DNA from: Octopus sinensis
Taxonomy: Eukaryota
DNA length: 64,000 bases
NCBI RefSeq assembly: GCF_006345805.1
Contig: NC_043019.1
Coordinates: forward strand, 31,123,360 to 31,187,359
Direction of reading: 5' to 3'
The position numbers and the translations under genes are program-made. The notes under the pieces are model-generated. The model ran no database searches. It saw only the letters and a program-made list of their open reading frames with translations, and was not told where the DNA came from. This document shows positions 61,259-64,000 of the stretch, one piece after another. Numbering within the stretch: position 1 is the stretch's first letter; the number at the start of each line of letters is the position of its first letter.

Positions 61259-63293
61259 TCATCACATCATCATCATTTAGCGTCCGTTTTCCATGCTAGC
61301 ATGGGTTGGACGGTTCTACTGGGGTCTGTGAAGCCAGAAGGCTTCATCAGGCCCAGTCAAATCTGGCAGTGTTTCTACGGCTGGATGCCCTTCCTAACGC
61401 CAACCACTCCGTGAGTGTAGTGGGTGCTTTTTAATTATACGCCCCCCGCACTGGTGCCAGACAGAGCTGGCAAACAGCCACGAACGGATGGTGCTTTTAT
61501 GTGCCACCGGCACGAGGGCCAGGCGAGGCTGGCAACGGACACGAAACGGGGCGGTGCTGGCAACGGTCGCGAAACGGAAAGTTCTCTTACATGCCACCGG
61601 CACTGGTAACACATCTGCAATTTCCATTGATCGATTTCCATTGATCGATTTCGATTCTGATCCTCACTTGCCTCAATGGGTCTTCACAAGCAGAGTTTCG
61701 ACATGCCACCGGCACTGGTAGCACATCCGCAATTTCCATTGATCGATTTCGATTCTGATCCTCACTTGCCTCAACACGTCTTCACAAGTAGAGTTTTGTG
61801 TCCCAAGAAGGGAAGGTATGCATACGTAGGCTGGCTCCATCCCATGTAGAAGGCCACGGGTTGTGGACTCACTTGTCCTGCCGGGTCTTCTCGCGCACAG
61901 CACACTTCCAGAGGTCTCGGTCTCTAGTCATTTCCTCAGTGAGACCTAAAGTTCGAAGGTCGTGCTTCACCACCTCGTCCCAGGTTTTCCTGGGTCTGCC
62001 TCTTCCACAGGTTCCCTCAACCGCTAGGGTGTGGCACTTTTTCACACAACTATCTTCATCCATTCTCGCCACATGACCATACCAGCGCAAACGTCTCTCT
62101 TGCACACCACAACTGATGCTTCTTAGGTCCAGCTTTTCTCTCAAGGTACTTACACTCTGCCGAGTGTGAGTACTGGCATTACACATCCATCGGAGCATAC
62201 TGGCTTCATTTCTAGCGAGCTTATGCATATCCTCAGCAGTCACGGCCCATGTTTCACTGCCATGTAGCATGGCTGTTCATACACACGCATCATACAGTCT
62301 GCCTTTCACTCTGTGCAAGAGGCCTTTTGTCACCAGCAGAGGTAAGAGCTCTCTCTCTGAACTTTGCCCAAGCTATTCTTACTCTAGCAGTTACACTTTC
62401 AGCACACCCACCCCCGCGCTGCTGACTTGGTCACCTAGGTAACGGAAACTATCACTATTTCTAGTTTTTCTCCCTGGAAAGTGACGGAAGTTGGTCTCAG
62501 AGCATTTCAGTGTTTATTGTTCCTGAGCATCTGCCACATACAAAAACCATCTTCCTAGTTAGCCTTCCTTTGACATTGCTGCATCTCTTATGTGTCCATA
62601 GCTTACACTTGGTGCATCTTATAGAGTTTCTACCTACACCTTTTCTACAGATCGAGCAGGGCCATCTACCTGAAGGTGTTTGTGATTTGTCTACCTTCCT
62701 ACTGATTACGACTTTGGTTTTAGCTAGATTGACTCTGAGGCCCTTCGATTCTAATCCTTGTTTCCACACCTGAAACTTCTCCTCCAGTTCTGATAGCGAC
62801 TCAGCAATTAGAGCAAGGTCATCAGCATAGAGGAGCTCCCAAGGGCATCCTGTCTTGAATCCTCCGTTATGCCTGGAGGACTATGATAAATAGGAGGGGC
62901 TGAGTACTGAGCCTTGGTGGACCCCTACCTCTACCCGGAATTCTTCACTGTACTCATTTCCAACCCTCACCCTACTAGCGGCGTCCCTATACATGGCCCG
63001 CACAGCTCTCACTAACCATTCATCTATCCCTAGTTTTCTCATTGCCCACCAGATAAGGGATCGGGGGACCCTGTGAAGGCTTTCTCCATGTCAACAAAAG
63101 CCAGGTACAGGGGCTATCTTGGCTAGGTATTTCTCCTGCAGCTGCCTTACCAGGAATATAGCATCAGTAGTACTTTTCCCTGGCACAAACCCAAACTGCA
63201 TCTCATCTAAACTAACTTTCTCTCTAATTAGTTGGGCTATGACCCTCTCCGTAACCTTCATCACCTGGTCCAACAGCTTGATACCTCTGTAAT
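61259..63293 (-). mobile_element. RTE-X clade LINE, 5'-truncated (RT, Cys-rich insert, C-terminus, 3' UTR, (GAT)n tail), with several frameshifts
   Basis: YRGIKLL...QFGFVPGKSTTDAIF...FVDMEKAFDRV...GVHQGSVLSPLLF...LLYADD...CSICRKGVGRNSIRCTKCKLWTHKRC...LHGSETW...RRLRWYGHV...GRGRPRKTW. Confidence 0.95.
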
Positions 63294-63460
63294 ACATACA
63301 CACATACACAGTAACATATATACATATACATACACACACATACATATACACACACACACACACACTTATATATATATATACATACACACATACACATACA
63401 TATACATACATATATACATATACATATACACATACACATACATACACAAACATACACAGT

Positions 63461-63496
<36 letters not shown>

Positions 63497-63677
63497 ATAT
63501 ATACATATACATACACACATACACAGTAACATATATACATATACATACACACACATACCTATACACACACACACACACACTTATATATATATATATACAT
63601 ACACACATACACATACATATACATACATATATACATATACATATACACATACACATACATACACAAACATACACAGT

Positions 63678-63709
<32 letters not shown>

Positions 63710-63750
63710 CACACACACATACATATACACCTACACACACACATGTATAA
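63294..63750. repeat. Higher-order tandem duplication of a compound CA/TA microsatellite (about 200-bp unit); a related block lies at 60424-60545
   Basis: The marker CACAAACATACACAGTTATATATA recurs at about 60520, 63445 and 63662. Confidence 0.85.
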
Positions 63751-63884
63751 AGATCTGATTAAATGAAACGGATGAAAAAGATGAAAGGTGAAATATAGAA
63801 TGGTAAAACAATAAGATTAAAAAGTGAGGTATTTCTGCAAGCAACAGATAAATATTCTGTGTAAAAATACATAGTGGCTGCTTA

Positions 63885-64000
63885 CCAACCACATGGTTCC
63901 AAGTTCAGTCTCACTGCATGGCACTTTGGGCAAAGTGTCTTCTACTAGAGTCTTGGGCTGACCAAAGCCTTGTGAGTGGATTTGGTAGACGGAAACTGAA
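63885..64000 (+). mobile_element. SINE family A head, running off the window
   Basis: GCTTACCAACCACATGGTTCC...GGATTTGGTAGACGGAAACTGAA. Confidence 0.85.

Noticed and set aside
5362-63744. Most listed ORFs rich in YI, CV, HT, poly-D, poly-S, poly-L or poly-N
   Set aside because: They are translations of di- and trinucleotide microsatellites or of SINE bodies, not genes.

Overview
AT-rich, repeat-saturated animal DNA, most consistent with an octopus/cephalopod genome (inferred from the SINE, LINE and microsatellite landscape; not verified by search). No intact host protein-coding gene can be supported, and nearly all listed ORFs are microsatellite or transposon translations. The window holds: dozens of copies of two tRNA-derived SINE families plus two rarer ones; RTE-X, RTE, CR1 and R4/Dong LINE fragments (one Dong 3' end with an intact 182-aa restriction-like endonuclease ORF, and one 2 kb RTE-X); two decayed Penelope-like (PLE, RT + GIY-YIG) ORFs; mariner/Tc1, MULE, hAT and Helitron remnants; one near-canonical tRNA-Lys(TTT) gene; and one decayed tRNA-His(GTG). 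The most notable structures not explained by the ORF track are (1) at least six minimal hammerhead-ribozyme-like motifs from several PLE-associated families, some with shared non-canonical cores, (2) a 656-bp TRIM-like miniature LTR element (LTR-PBS-PPT-LTR) nested in a SINE, and (3) a 2 kb cluster of four inverted repeats. A weak chain of phase-compatible minus-strand micro-exons may be part of a host gene. Coordinates of decayed repeats are approximate (about 10-20 bp).
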